Assembly (NCBI GenBank): GCA_016713505.1
Contig: JADJPA010000001.1
Coordinates: 1,037,105-1,101,104, forward strand
Reading direction: 5' to 3'
Source: Candidatus Competibacteraceae bacterium
GTDB taxonomy: Bacteria > Pseudomonadota > Gammaproteobacteria > Competibacterales > Competibacteraceae
Length of the DNA: 64,000 nt
Within the stretch, counting starts at the first letter, position 1, and every line of letters begins with the position of its first letter. The translations under genes were made by a program, and so were the position numbers. Below are positions 31,807 to 39,910 of this stretch, piece after piece. The notes under the pieces are model-generated. The model was given only the letters and a program-made list of their open reading frames with translations, had not been told where the DNA came from and did no database searches.

Positions 31807-32599
31807 AGCTGACCGCTCCGCCCAGATAAGCAGCGACCACGCGCGGATCGGCTTGGATTTCCGGCGGCGTCCCTTCGGCCAGCACGCTGCCGTAATCGAG
31901 CACCAGCAGCCGGTCGGAGACGCCCATCACCAACGGCATGTGGTGTTCGACCAACAGCACGGTGACGCCGCTGGCGCGGATGCGGGCGATCAAATCGCGC
32001 AGCGCCCAGGATTCCGTGTCGTTGAGTCCGGCGGCGGGCTCGTCGAGCAACAGCAGACGCGGTTTGGCGGCGAGGGCGCGAGCGATTTCAACCCGCTTCA
32101 TGAGGCCGTAGGGCAAGGCGCTGGCGGCTTGACCGGCGCGGTCGGCCAGCTCGCACAGTTCCAGGGCTTCGATGGCCCACTCCCGCAAGCGTCGCTCCTG
32201 ACGCCGCATTCCCGGCAAGCGCAGGGCGGCGGCGAACAGGCTGGCGCGGGCGCGCAAATGACAGCCGACCATGACGTTTTCCACCACGGTCATGTTGAAA
32301 AACAACTGTAAATTTTGAAAAGTCCGGGCGACGCCGCAGGCGGCGATGCGGTGCGGCGACAACCCCAACAACTCGCGGCCAGCGAAGCGGATCGAGCCGG
32401 CGGAAGGTTGATAAAAGCCGCACAGCGCGTTGAACAAGGTGGTTTTACCCGCGCCGTTGGGACCGATCACCGCATAGATCAACCCTTCCAGCACCTGAAA
32501 ACTGACGCCCGCCAGCGCCATGACGCCGCCGAAACTTTGCTCCAAACCCGCGACCGCGAGCAACGGTAAGGCGGGAGCGGGCGGCGGCAGCGCGGTCAT
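31796..32599 (-). CDS. livG: branched-chain amino acid ABC transporter ATP-binding protein
   Basis: Frame 31796..33112 trimmed to ATG 32599 (MTALPPPAPALPLLAVAGLEQSFGGVMAL...). Walker A GPNGAGKTT and Walker B LLLLDEPAAG. The upstream extension is antisense-like and Arg-rich. Confidence 0.85.
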   Translation of the reverse strand: MTALPPPAPALPLLAVAGLEQSFGGVMALAGVSFQVLEGLIYAVIGPNGAGKTTLFNALCGFYQPSAGSIRFAGRELLGLSPHRIAACGVARTFQNLQLFFNMTVVENVMVGCHLRARASLFAAALRLPGMRRQERRLREWAIEALELCELADRAGQAASALPYGLMKRVEIARALAAKPRLLLLDEPAAGLNDTESWALRDLIARIRASGVTVLLVEHHMPLVMGVSDRLLVLDYGSVLAEGTPPEIQADPRVVAAYLGGAVSYAV

Positions 32600-32610
32600 G
32601 AACGATACGA

Positions 32611-33576
32611 TCAGGCGACCGGCGAGGGCTGGGAACGAATCAAGACGGCGCCGACCCGACGCGCCGCTTGGCTCAAACCCACGAACAGGCCCTGCGGCAT
32701 GAAGATCATCACCGCCATCAACAGCGCGCCGTGGACCAGCATCTCGTAATCCTCGAACACGACCAAGCCTTGCTGGAGCAAGGTCAAGGCGATCGCGCCG
32801 CAGACCGCGCCGAAGGTGGAGGCCAGACCGCCCAACACCACCATGGTGACCAGTTCGACCGAGACGGTGAGGTCGAACGAATCGGGGCTGACAAACGCTT
32901 GTTGGTGGGCGAACAGACTCCCGGCAAAAGCGGCGAACAGGGCGGAAATCACGAATGCCTGGGTTTTGGCGCGGGCGGTATCGACGCCCATCATCTGGGC
33001 GGCGAATTCCGAACCGTGCACCGCCCGCAAGGCGCGGCCGACTTGGGAATCGACCAGATTGAGCGACAGCCAAACCGCCAGCAGCATGGCGGCCGCGATC
33101 ACGCCATACCACTGCCGATCACCTTCGACTTTCCAACCGAGCAGGTTCAAGGGCGGAATCCCGGACAGACCGTCGGGGCCGCCGGTCCAGTGCGTGGCTT
33201 GCACCATAACGACGTGCACGATGACGCCGAAACCGAGGGTCGCCATCGCCAAATAATGGCCGCGCAACCTTAAAATCGGGCGGGCGAACGCCCAAGCGAG
33301 CAGGCCGGCCGCCACCAAACCGGCGGTGAGCGCCAGCAGCGAGGGCCAGCCGAAACGGGTGGTGAGCACGGCGGACGCATACGCGCCCACGCCGAAAAAC
33401 GCGGCGTGGCCGAGGGAAATCTGGCCGGCGTAACCCATCAACAGATTGAGGCCGACCGCCAAAATCACATGCAATCCGGCGGACGCGCCGACCACGACGA
33501 CGAAATAGTTATCGGGGAAAAGGACGGGAAGCGCCGCCACGGCCGCCGCGAACGCATAGAAACCGGCCAGCCGCAT
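32611..33576 (-). CDS. livM: branched-chain amino acid ABC transporter permease
   Basis: 321-aa polytopic membrane ORF with a LivM-type block (GYAGQISLGHAAFFGVGAY). Confidence 0.85.
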   Translation of the reverse strand: MRLAGFYAFAAAVAALPVLFPDNYFVVVVGASAGLHVILAVGLNLLMGYAGQISLGHAAFFGVGAYASAVLTTRFGWPSLLALTAGLVAAGLLAWAFARPILRLRGHYLAMATLGFGVIVHVVMVQATHWTGGPDGLSGIPPLNLLGWKVEGDRQWYGVIAAAMLLAVWLSLNLVDSQVGRALRAVHGSEFAAQMMGVDTARAKTQAFVISALFAAFAGSLFAHQQAFVSPDSFDLTVSVELVTMVVLGGLASTFGAVCGAIALTLLQQGLVVFEDYEMLVHGALLMAVMIFMPQGLFVGLSQAARRVGAVLIRSQPSPVA

Positions 33577-33579
33577 CGC

Positions 33580-34455
33580 TCACACCCGTTCCGAGACTTT
33601 GTGGCCGAACAGCCCGGTCGGCTCGAAAAACAGCACCATCAGGACGAACAGAAAGGCGATGGCGTCCTTGTAGCCGGATGACACCAAACCGGCTCCGAGG
33701 GATTCCAGCACCCCCAACAGCAACCCGCCGGCGACCGCGCCCATCGGGTTACCGATGCCGCCGACGATGGCGGCGGAGAAGCCTTTAAGGCCGAGCATGA
33801 CACCGGCTTCGTAAGAGCTGAAGGTGATGGGCGCGATCAGGATGCCAGCCAGCGCGCCCAAGCCGGCGGAGAGGCCGTAGGCCAAGCGCAGCATCACCTT
33901 GACGTTGATGCCGACCGCCTGCGCGGCAGAGCGGTTGAAGGCGCAGGCGAGCAGCGCCTTGCCCAGCAGCGTGCGGTTGAAAAAAGCCCGCACCAACGCC
34001 ACCAGCACGATCGTGACGCCGAGCACCCACACGCTTTGCGGCAGCAGGGTGGCCCCGCCCAACCGGATCGGATCGTCGCCGCTGAACGGCGGCAGGGAAT
34101 GAAAATCCTTGCCCCAGAGCAGCAGGGCGACGCCGCGCAGGAAAATCGCCGCGCCGATGGTGATGATGATGGTGGTGACGACCGACGCGCCCGCCGCCGG
34201 CTCGACGGCGAAGCGCTCCAACAGCACGCCGACGCCGACGGTGAGCGCGGTGGCGACGAAAGCGGCCAACAGCAGCGGAAGTCCGGCGCTCAACAAGGCG
34301 ATGGCGATCATCGCCCCCAGCATCACAAACTCGCCCTGGGCGAAGTTGACGACATCGGAGGCGTTATAGATCAGGGCAAAGCCTAACCCCACCAAGGCGT
34401 ACAACGAGCCGACCGTGATTCCGGCGACCAGGAATTGGAAGACCTGTTCGGGCAT
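33580..34455 (-). CDS. livH: branched-chain amino acid ABC transporter permease
   Basis: 291-aa polytopic membrane ORF with a LivH-type N-terminus (QFLVAGITVGSLYALVGLGFALIYNASDVVNFAQGEF). Confidence 0.85.
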   Translation of the reverse strand: MPEQVFQFLVAGITVGSLYALVGLGFALIYNASDVVNFAQGEFVMLGAMIAIALLSAGLPLLLAAFVATALTVGVGVLLERFAVEPAAGASVVTTIIITIGAAIFLRGVALLLWGKDFHSLPPFSGDDPIRLGGATLLPQSVWVLGVTIVLVALVRAFFNRTLLGKALLACAFNRSAAQAVGINVKVMLRLAYGLSAGLGALAGILIAPITFSSYEAGVMLGLKGFSAAIVGGIGNPMGAVAGGLLLGVLESLGAGLVSSGYKDAIAFLFVLMVLFFEPTGLFGHKVSERV

Positions 34456-34464
34456 GAGCGGCGC

Positions 34465-35601
34465 TTATTCGATCATTTTCCAAGCGCCGTTGCGGACTTC
34501 CACCAATTTGAAGGCGTCCAGATTCAGGCCCATGTGATCTTGCGGACTCATGTTAAACACGCCGGCCGTACCGATGAAACCCTTGGTTTTCTCGATCTCA
34601 TCGCGGACCTTGGCCTTGTCGGTTCCACCCGCCCGCTCGATGGCTGACACGGCGATCATCAGACCGTCGTAGGCGTGGCCGCCGAAGGTGGACACCGGGC
34701 CGTGTTTGGCTTCGTATTGGTTTTTATACGCCAGCAACACCGGTTTTTGAGGGTCGGCGTCCGGCAATTGCTCGGCGGCGACCAGCGCCGCCGCCGGCAG
34801 GCGCGCGCCTTCGGCCGCATCGCCGGCCAGATCGATGAAGGTCTTGGACGCGACGCCATGCGATTGATAGAGCGGGAGATTGATCCCCAGTTGCTTGATG
34901 TTCTTGGTGACGATGGCCGGGGCTTGGCCCAGGCCGAAGTTGATGATCGCCTCGGCACCCGACGCCCGAATCTTGGTTAATTGGGCGGTCATGTCGGTGT
35001 CTTTGTTGCCGTAGGATTCGTCGGCGACCAAGGTCATGCCGTAATCGGGCGCCAGCTTGAGAATTTGCGCGCGGCCGGATTTGTCAAAACCGCCGTCGCC
35101 GGTGATCAGCGCGATTTTGGTGAGACCGCGCTTGCGCAAGTCCTCAAAGATTTTGGCGGCCGCCATGCGGTCGGAGTGGGGCATTTTGAAGACCCATTTC
35201 TTGACCGGTTCGACGATTTCCACCGCGCCGGCCAGCGAAATGAAGGGAATGCCTTCTTTTTCCACATCGGGGATGACGGCCATGGTGTCGCCGGTGGTGG
35301 TGCCGCCGATAAGCAAATCCACGTTGTCGCTTTTAATCAGCCGCTTGACGAAGTTGACCGCGTCCTTGGCGTTGCCGCTGGTATCGTAATGGATTAGTTC
35401 GATCGGGCGACCCTTGACGCCGCCCTTGGCGTTGATGTGCTCGACATACATCTGCAAGGTCTTCAGTTCGGGATCGCCGAGGAATGAAGCCGGTCCGGTC
35501 ACGGTCAAGAAAGAGCCGATCTTGATGGGATCGGCGGCGCGCGCGGGGTTGAAAACGGTCAAAAATAGAATTGTTCCTAGAATCGTTTTCCAATGAATCA
35601 T
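34465..35601 (-). CDS. ABC transporter substrate-binding protein (LivK/LivJ-like, type I periplasmic binding fold)
   Basis: Trimmed to ATG 35601 (MIHWKTILGTILFLTVFNPARA, signal peptide) preceded by GGGGAGA. Leu/Ile/Val-binding-protein-like blocks. Confidence 0.85.
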   Translation of the reverse strand: MIHWKTILGTILFLTVFNPARAADPIKIGSFLTVTGPASFLGDPELKTLQMYVEHINAKGGVKGRPIELIHYDTSGNAKDAVNFVKRLIKSDNVDLLIGGTTTGDTMAVIPDVEKEGIPFISLAGAVEIVEPVKKWVFKMPHSDRMAAAKIFEDLRKRGLTKIALITGDGGFDKSGRAQILKLAPDYGMTLVADESYGNKDTDMTAQLTKIRASGAEAIINFGLGQAPAIVTKNIKQLGINLPLYQSHGVASKTFIDLAGDAAEGARLPAAALVAAEQLPDADPQKPVLLAYKNQYEAKHGPVSTFGGHAYDGLMIAVSAIERAGGTDKAKVRDEIEKTKGFIGTAGVFNMSPQDHMGLNLDAFKLVEVRNGAWKMIE

Positions 35602-35679
35602 CTTTGATCTCCCCTCAATGGTGCGGCGCGCGCGGTTTTTACCGAGGCTGGCCACATCGATTTTTTTTGATTTGAGACT

Positions 35680-36303
35680 TCAAGCCGTCGGATGCTCGGA
35701 AAGAGACTTGATATGGCCCGCTTCCCGGCCGGCGTCGAAGGCGCGGGCGTTGATGTCCGCCAGTTTGGGTTTATAAGCTCGAAAACCTTCGACGATGTTG
35801 GTTTTAAGCACTTCGGCTGGGAAGGGCAGATGGTCGCTGATCGCGCCGAGCATGATGGTGTTCACCAACTTGGCGTTGCCCAATTCCTCGGCGATGGCCC
35901 CGGCGTCGAAGGCGTGGACCTCGATGCCGGTCGCGGTCAGATCGCCGATGGGATCGGCGGGGTACTCGTAGAGGCCAGCCGATACGACCGGCGGCGCGAT
36001 CCGCAAGGTGTTGACCATGGCCACGCCGGTGGCGCGCAAATGCGGCAGCCAGCGCAAGGCTTCGGCGGCTTCAAAGCCGATCAGCAGATCCGCCTCGCCG
36101 GCGTTGATTTGCGGCGAATAGACCTTGGAACCGAAGCGGACGTGCGAGGAGACCACGCCGCCGCGCTGGGCCATGCCGGCCACTTCGGTCTTTTTTACGT
36201 CGTAACCTTGGTTCAAGGCGGTGCGGGCCAGCATTTCGGCGGCGGTCATGACGCCCTGGCCGCCGATGCCCACCACGAGGATGTTGGTGATGCCGTCAGG
36301 CAT
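35680..36303 (-). CDS. iorB: indolepyruvate:ferredoxin oxidoreductase subunit beta
   Basis: 207 aa with an IorB-type N-terminus (NILVVGIGGQGVMTAAEMLARTAL...EVAGMAQRGGVVSSHVRFG). Overlaps the iorA 3' end by 8 nt. Confidence 0.85.
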   Translation of the reverse strand: MPDGITNILVVGIGGQGVMTAAEMLARTALNQGYDVKKTEVAGMAQRGGVVSSHVRFGSKVYSPQINAGEADLLIGFEAAEALRWLPHLRATGVAMVNTLRIAPPVVSAGLYEYPADPIGDLTATGIEVHAFDAGAIAEELGNAKLVNTIMLGAISDHLPFPAEVLKTNIVEGFRAYKPKLADINARAFDAGREAGHIKSLSEHPTA

Positions 36304-38164
36304 GAGCGTGAATCCGAATGACGCGGTTTTGCGGTTCCGGTTGGACGATGGCGTCCGGCGCGCAGGTTTCGACGCACATGTGACAGCCGGTGCAGGTGTT
36401 GGGGTCGATGCGGGCGAACACCAGCTCCTTGGTCTTGCCGCTCTTGGCGGTCACGGTTTCGCGGCGGGCGACCGAAATGGCCGGACAGCCTAGGTCGATG
36501 CAGTTGCCGCAGCCGGTGCATTGGTCGTCCAGCACCGTGTAGGCCCGCAAGCGCTCGAAGCGGTCGGTGAGCGAACAAGGGCGGTTGGTGATGATGACCG
36601 AGGGTTCCGCCATCTTGGTTTCTTCCCGCACCAGCTTGACCATGGTCGGCAGTTCGTAAGGATCGACCAGGCGGATGCGTTCGGGGCGGACGCCCAGCGC
36701 CTCGGCCAGTTTGGCGAAATCGACCCGCGGGGCGGGCAGGCCGTGCAAGTCCTGGCCGGTGCCAGGGTTTTCCTGACCGCCGGTCATGCCGACCGAACGG
36801 TTGTCCAGCAGCAACACGGTGACGTTGCCCCGGTTGTAGATCATGTTGAGGAGGCCCTGCATCCCCATGTGCAAGAAGGTGGAATCGCCGATGACCGCGA
36901 CGATGCTTTTCTTGTCGTCGGATTCGCCGCGCCCCTTATCCATGCCGTGGGCCATGCTGAGCGACGCGCCCATGCTGATGCAGGTGTCCAGCGCGTTCCA
37001 GGGATGACCCGCGCCGAGGGTGTAACAGCCGATGTCGCCGATGATGTTGAGGTTGCGGATGTGGGAGAGGGCGAAGTAGGGGCCGAGGTGAGGGCACGAG
37101 GCGCACATGGTCGGGGGGCGCGGGAACAGATCGGTCCCGGAGCGGGCGGCCACCTCATGCGGTTCGCCGAGAAAGGCCTTGATGGCGGGGCGCAACACGC
37201 CCGGCGCGAGTTCGCCGAAGCGCGGCAAGATATTTTTGCCGTGAACCTCCAGGCCGGCGGCGCGGATTTCGGTTTCCAGCAGCGGTTCGGTTTCCTCGAC
37301 CACGACCAACGTATCGACTTGGGACGCGAAGGCGCGGATCTTGTCGAGGGGGGCGGGGTGGCTGAAGCCTAGCTTGAGCACTGGGGCGTTCGGGAAGGTC
37401 TCGCGGACGTGCATGAAGGCGGGGCCGGAGGTGATGAATCCGATCCGCCGGTCGCCGCCGGTTGAGGCGATGTTCAAATCGCTGTGCTCGCTCGCTGCGC
37501 GCAGCGAGCGGTCGCGCTGGTGCATCAGCGGCAGGCGCGGCTTGGCGTTAGCTGGGGTCATCACCCAGCGTTGGGGATTTTTTTGAAAGCCGGGGACTTG
37601 ACGCGCGATGCGCTCGCCCTCGACCACGACCATGGCCTTGACGTGGCAGACGCGGGTGGTCATGCGGACGATGACCGGGGTTTCGTGCGCCTCGGAGAGA
37701 TCGAAGGCGCGCTTGACCATCTCGTAGGCTTCCTGGGAGTCGGCCGGCTCCAGAATCGGCATGTGGCCGAAGCGGCCCCAGTAGCGGGAATCTTGTTCGT
37801 TTTGCGAGGAGGAGAGGCCGACATCGTCGGCGACCACGATCACCAGACCGCCGACCACGCCGGCCAGCGATTGGGTCATGAAGGCGTCGGAGGCGACGTT
37901 CATGCCGACGTGCTTCATCGCCGCCAAGGCGCGCGATCCGGCCAGCGACGCGCCGATGGCGACTTCCACCGCCACTTTTTCATTGACCGACCATTCGGAA
38001 TATACATCGGGATACAAGGCGATGTTTTCCAGAATTTCGGTGGCGGGGGTGCCGGGGTAGGCGGCGGCGACGCGGACGCCGGCTTCCCAGGCGGCGCGGG
38101 CGACCGCTTCGTTGCCGGATAAAAGGTGGCGGCTTTCAGCCTTGGCGTGAACCACGGCGTTCAT
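36296..38164 (-). CDS. iorA: indolepyruvate:ferredoxin oxidoreductase subunit alpha
   Basis: Frame 36296..38293 trimmed to ATG 38164 (MNAVVHAKAESRHLLSGNEAVARAAWEAG...). TPP-binding region GDSTFLHMG and two 4Fe-4S Cys clusters (CTGCGNCIDLGCP; CTGCHMCVETCAP). Confidence 0.85.
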   Translation of the reverse strand: MNAVVHAKAESRHLLSGNEAVARAAWEAGVRVAAAYPGTPATEILENIALYPDVYSEWSVNEKVAVEVAIGASLAGSRALAAMKHVGMNVASDAFMTQSLAGVVGGLVIVVADDVGLSSSQNEQDSRYWGRFGHMPILEPADSQEAYEMVKRAFDLSEAHETPVIVRMTTRVCHVKAMVVVEGERIARQVPGFQKNPQRWVMTPANAKPRLPLMHQRDRSLRAASEHSDLNIASTGGDRRIGFITSGPAFMHVRETFPNAPVLKLGFSHPAPLDKIRAFASQVDTLVVVEETEPLLETEIRAAGLEVHGKNILPRFGELAPGVLRPAIKAFLGEPHEVAARSGTDLFPRPPTMCASCPHLGPYFALSHIRNLNIIGDIGCYTLGAGHPWNALDTCISMGASLSMAHGMDKGRGESDDKKSIVAVIGDSTFLHMGMQGLLNMIYNRGNVTVLLLDNRSVGMTGGQENPGTGQDLHGLPAPRVDFAKLAEALGVRPERIRLVDPYELPTMVKLVREETKMAEPSVIITNRPCSLTDRFERLRAYTVLDDQCTGCGNCIDLGCPAISVARRETVTAKSGKTKELVFARIDPNTCTGCHMCVETCAPDAIVQPEPQNRVIRIHAHA

Positions 38165-38309
38165 GGTGGGTGTTGACCTCGCTGGTTCCAATCGACACCT
38201 TGGGGCCAGGGCGGGTCCGACGCCGGACCCCGCACCAAAGCGGTTTTCCCAAGGCAATTTAATGAAATTAATGGTAGCAGCTATCCACACCACCTGACAG
38301 GTTTTGCGG

Positions 38310-39365
38310 TTAGGGTTGGGATTTGCGAGTCGATTTCGCGGATCGGGATTTAGGGGGTTTTGTTAAAGCGGGAGAGGCTGCGGCAGACGGCGATTGCGGT
38401 TGCCACCGATCTCGGTCGGCGCGCATCGCCTTGAGTTCACCACGCAGCGCTTCAAGCTCGCGCACCGTTTCGAGATGTTGGATTTCCGAGCTTTCACGGA
38501 GGGTTTGCAGTTTTTGCAGCTCCGCCGCTAGATGGGTTTGGCGCTCCTGAGCGGTCGCTAGATCAGCCTTGAGTTCGGCGGTTTCGGCGCGTTGGTTTTC
38601 TTGTTGGGCACGCCATGCGGATTCGAGGCGAGTCCACTCTTGGCGCTCGCTGGCGAAGCGTTCTCGTTCGGTATTTTGTTCGGCGCGCAGTTGGTCGATC
38701 AGACCGAGCCAACGGGATTCGCTGGCTTCGTTACGCCGTTGTTCCGTTTCCAAATCTTGTTGGGCTTGATGCCGTTGGTGTTCCAAATCAGTTCGGGTTT
38801 GTTGGAGCGCGGTTTCAAGCTGGGCGACGCGAGCGGCGGTTTCGGCGCGGAGTTGATCGGCGGTTTGCGCGGCGGATCGGGCGCGCGCCTCGGCGGCTTG
38901 AATCGCGGTTTCGGCGTTGGCGCGGCGCTCTTGTTCCACTAACAGGCGGTCGGCGAGATCGCGGGCGGCCGTTTGGGTCGTTTCAAGCTGGCGGCGCAGT
39001 TGGTCGATCTCGCTTTGGATTTCGCGGCATTGGTTGAGGGTGGCCTCGCGGGCTTGCTCGGCGGCGGCGGCGGTTTGGGCCGCGATTGCGCGTTGGTCCT
39101 CGAACGCCGATTCGGCGTGTTGCACGGCGATTTTCCAGAACGCATCCAAGGCGAGCGCGACGGCTTCGGGAACGCTCGGCGGCAAAACGATTTTGGGCGT
39201 TTCCGCAAGCTGCTGTTGCCAGATTTTCAGATGCTCGCTGATGGTGGTGTTGCTGCCGGTGCCGAGCGCTTCGCGAACGCGCTGGATGGTGGGATTAAGG
39301 CCGCGTCCGAGTAAGGATTCGGCGGCGTCGCGAACATTTTCAAACGTAATTCCAGTGCGGGCCAT
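38310..39365 (-). CDS. KfrA-like DNA-binding protein with a long coiled-coil tail
   Basis: The N-terminal 60 aa (ITFENVRDAAESLLGRGLNPTIQRVREALGTGSNTTISEHLKIW) match my recollection of the KfrA_N plasmid-type DNA-binding domain. The remaining 290 aa or so are Q/E/R/A-rich heptad-like coiled coil. Confidence 0.6.
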   Translation of the reverse strand: MARTGITFENVRDAAESLLGRGLNPTIQRVREALGTGSNTTISEHLKIWQQQLAETPKIVLPPSVPEAVALALDAFWKIAVQHAESAFEDQRAIAAQTAAAAEQAREATLNQCREIQSEIDQLRRQLETTQTAARDLADRLLVEQERRANAETAIQAAEARARSAAQTADQLRAETAARVAQLETALQQTRTDLEHQRHQAQQDLETEQRRNEASESRWLGLIDQLRAEQNTERERFASERQEWTRLESAWRAQQENQRAETAELKADLATAQERQTHLAAELQKLQTLRESSEIQHLETVRELEALRGELKAMRADRDRWQPQSPSAAASPALTKPPKSRSAKSTRKSQP

Positions 39366-39428
39366 GATTTTGAGGGTATCCCTGATTATTGAGAGTTGAG
39401 TCGATTCTATAATAATAAATGATTACAT

Positions 39429-39438
39429 AATACGTATT
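39429..39438. promoter_or_regulatory. perfect 10-bp palindrome AATACGTATT in the AT-rich promoter region of the KfrA-like gene (candidate auto-operator)
   Basis: Palindrome read directly, 64-73 nt upstream of ATG 39365 in a 120-nt AT-rich tract with several TATAAT-like hexamers. RK2 KfrA is known to autoregulate via an operator in its own promoter. Confidence 0.25.
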
Positions 39439-39487
39439 TATGCTGATCTTTCACTTATGAAATTCAAGATTATTCTTATAATCATGA

Positions 39488-39877
39488 ATTATACTTTCGC
39501 CTCAAAAGCGCTTTGAACTCGCTGGTTGGCTGGCCAAAAGCGTTGCCCGTCCGCCAGATCGCGGATTTTGGCTGGAACAAGCGATTTTTCAAACGCTGCA
39601 AGCGTGGCGCGCGCTCGACTCGCTCAATCGCTGCCTCTATTTCTGGCGGGACCGTTCCAGGCGGGAAATCGATTTTGTGCTGGAGAAAAACGGCGTGCTG
39701 GTCGGCTTGGAAATCAAGGCGTCTTCTCAGGTCACGCCGGCGGACGCCTCCGGCATCCGAGCGTTTCAAGACGCTTTGAGAACGGGTTCATCGTTTCGGC
39801 GCGGCGCGATCCTCAACAGCGGCGCGGTGCGTCTGATCGCTGAAAACATCCATGCCTTACCTTGGGGCTGGATGCTG
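39488..39877 (+). pseudogene. 5'-truncated remnant of a DUF4143-type AAA+ ATPase gene
   Basis: Open frame with no start codon, translating ...GFWLEQAIFQTLQAWRALDSLNRCLYFWRDRSRREIDFVLEKNGVLVGLEIKASSQVTPADASGIRAFQDAL...IHALPWGWML. This is the C-terminal DUF4143/restriction-endonuclease-like part of such ATPases. The whole AAA+ N-terminal half is absent, and the frame then runs on antisense into the next gene. Confidence 0.5.
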
Positions 39878-39910
39878 CCCATAACGCCTTCAAGGCGGTT
39901 TTCCGCAATC

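Noticed and set aside
39418-39446. dif-like sequence TGATTACATAA-TACGTAT-TTATGCTGATC. A second candidate, GGGCGCCATAA-TAACCTA-ATACGCTAAAC, lies at 42655-42685.
   Set aside because: Each arm matches the gamma-proteobacterial dif consensus at only about 6-7 of 11 positions, and both need a 7-nt rather than 6-nt central region. That is not convincing as XerCD sites. The first is better explained as a palindromic operator.
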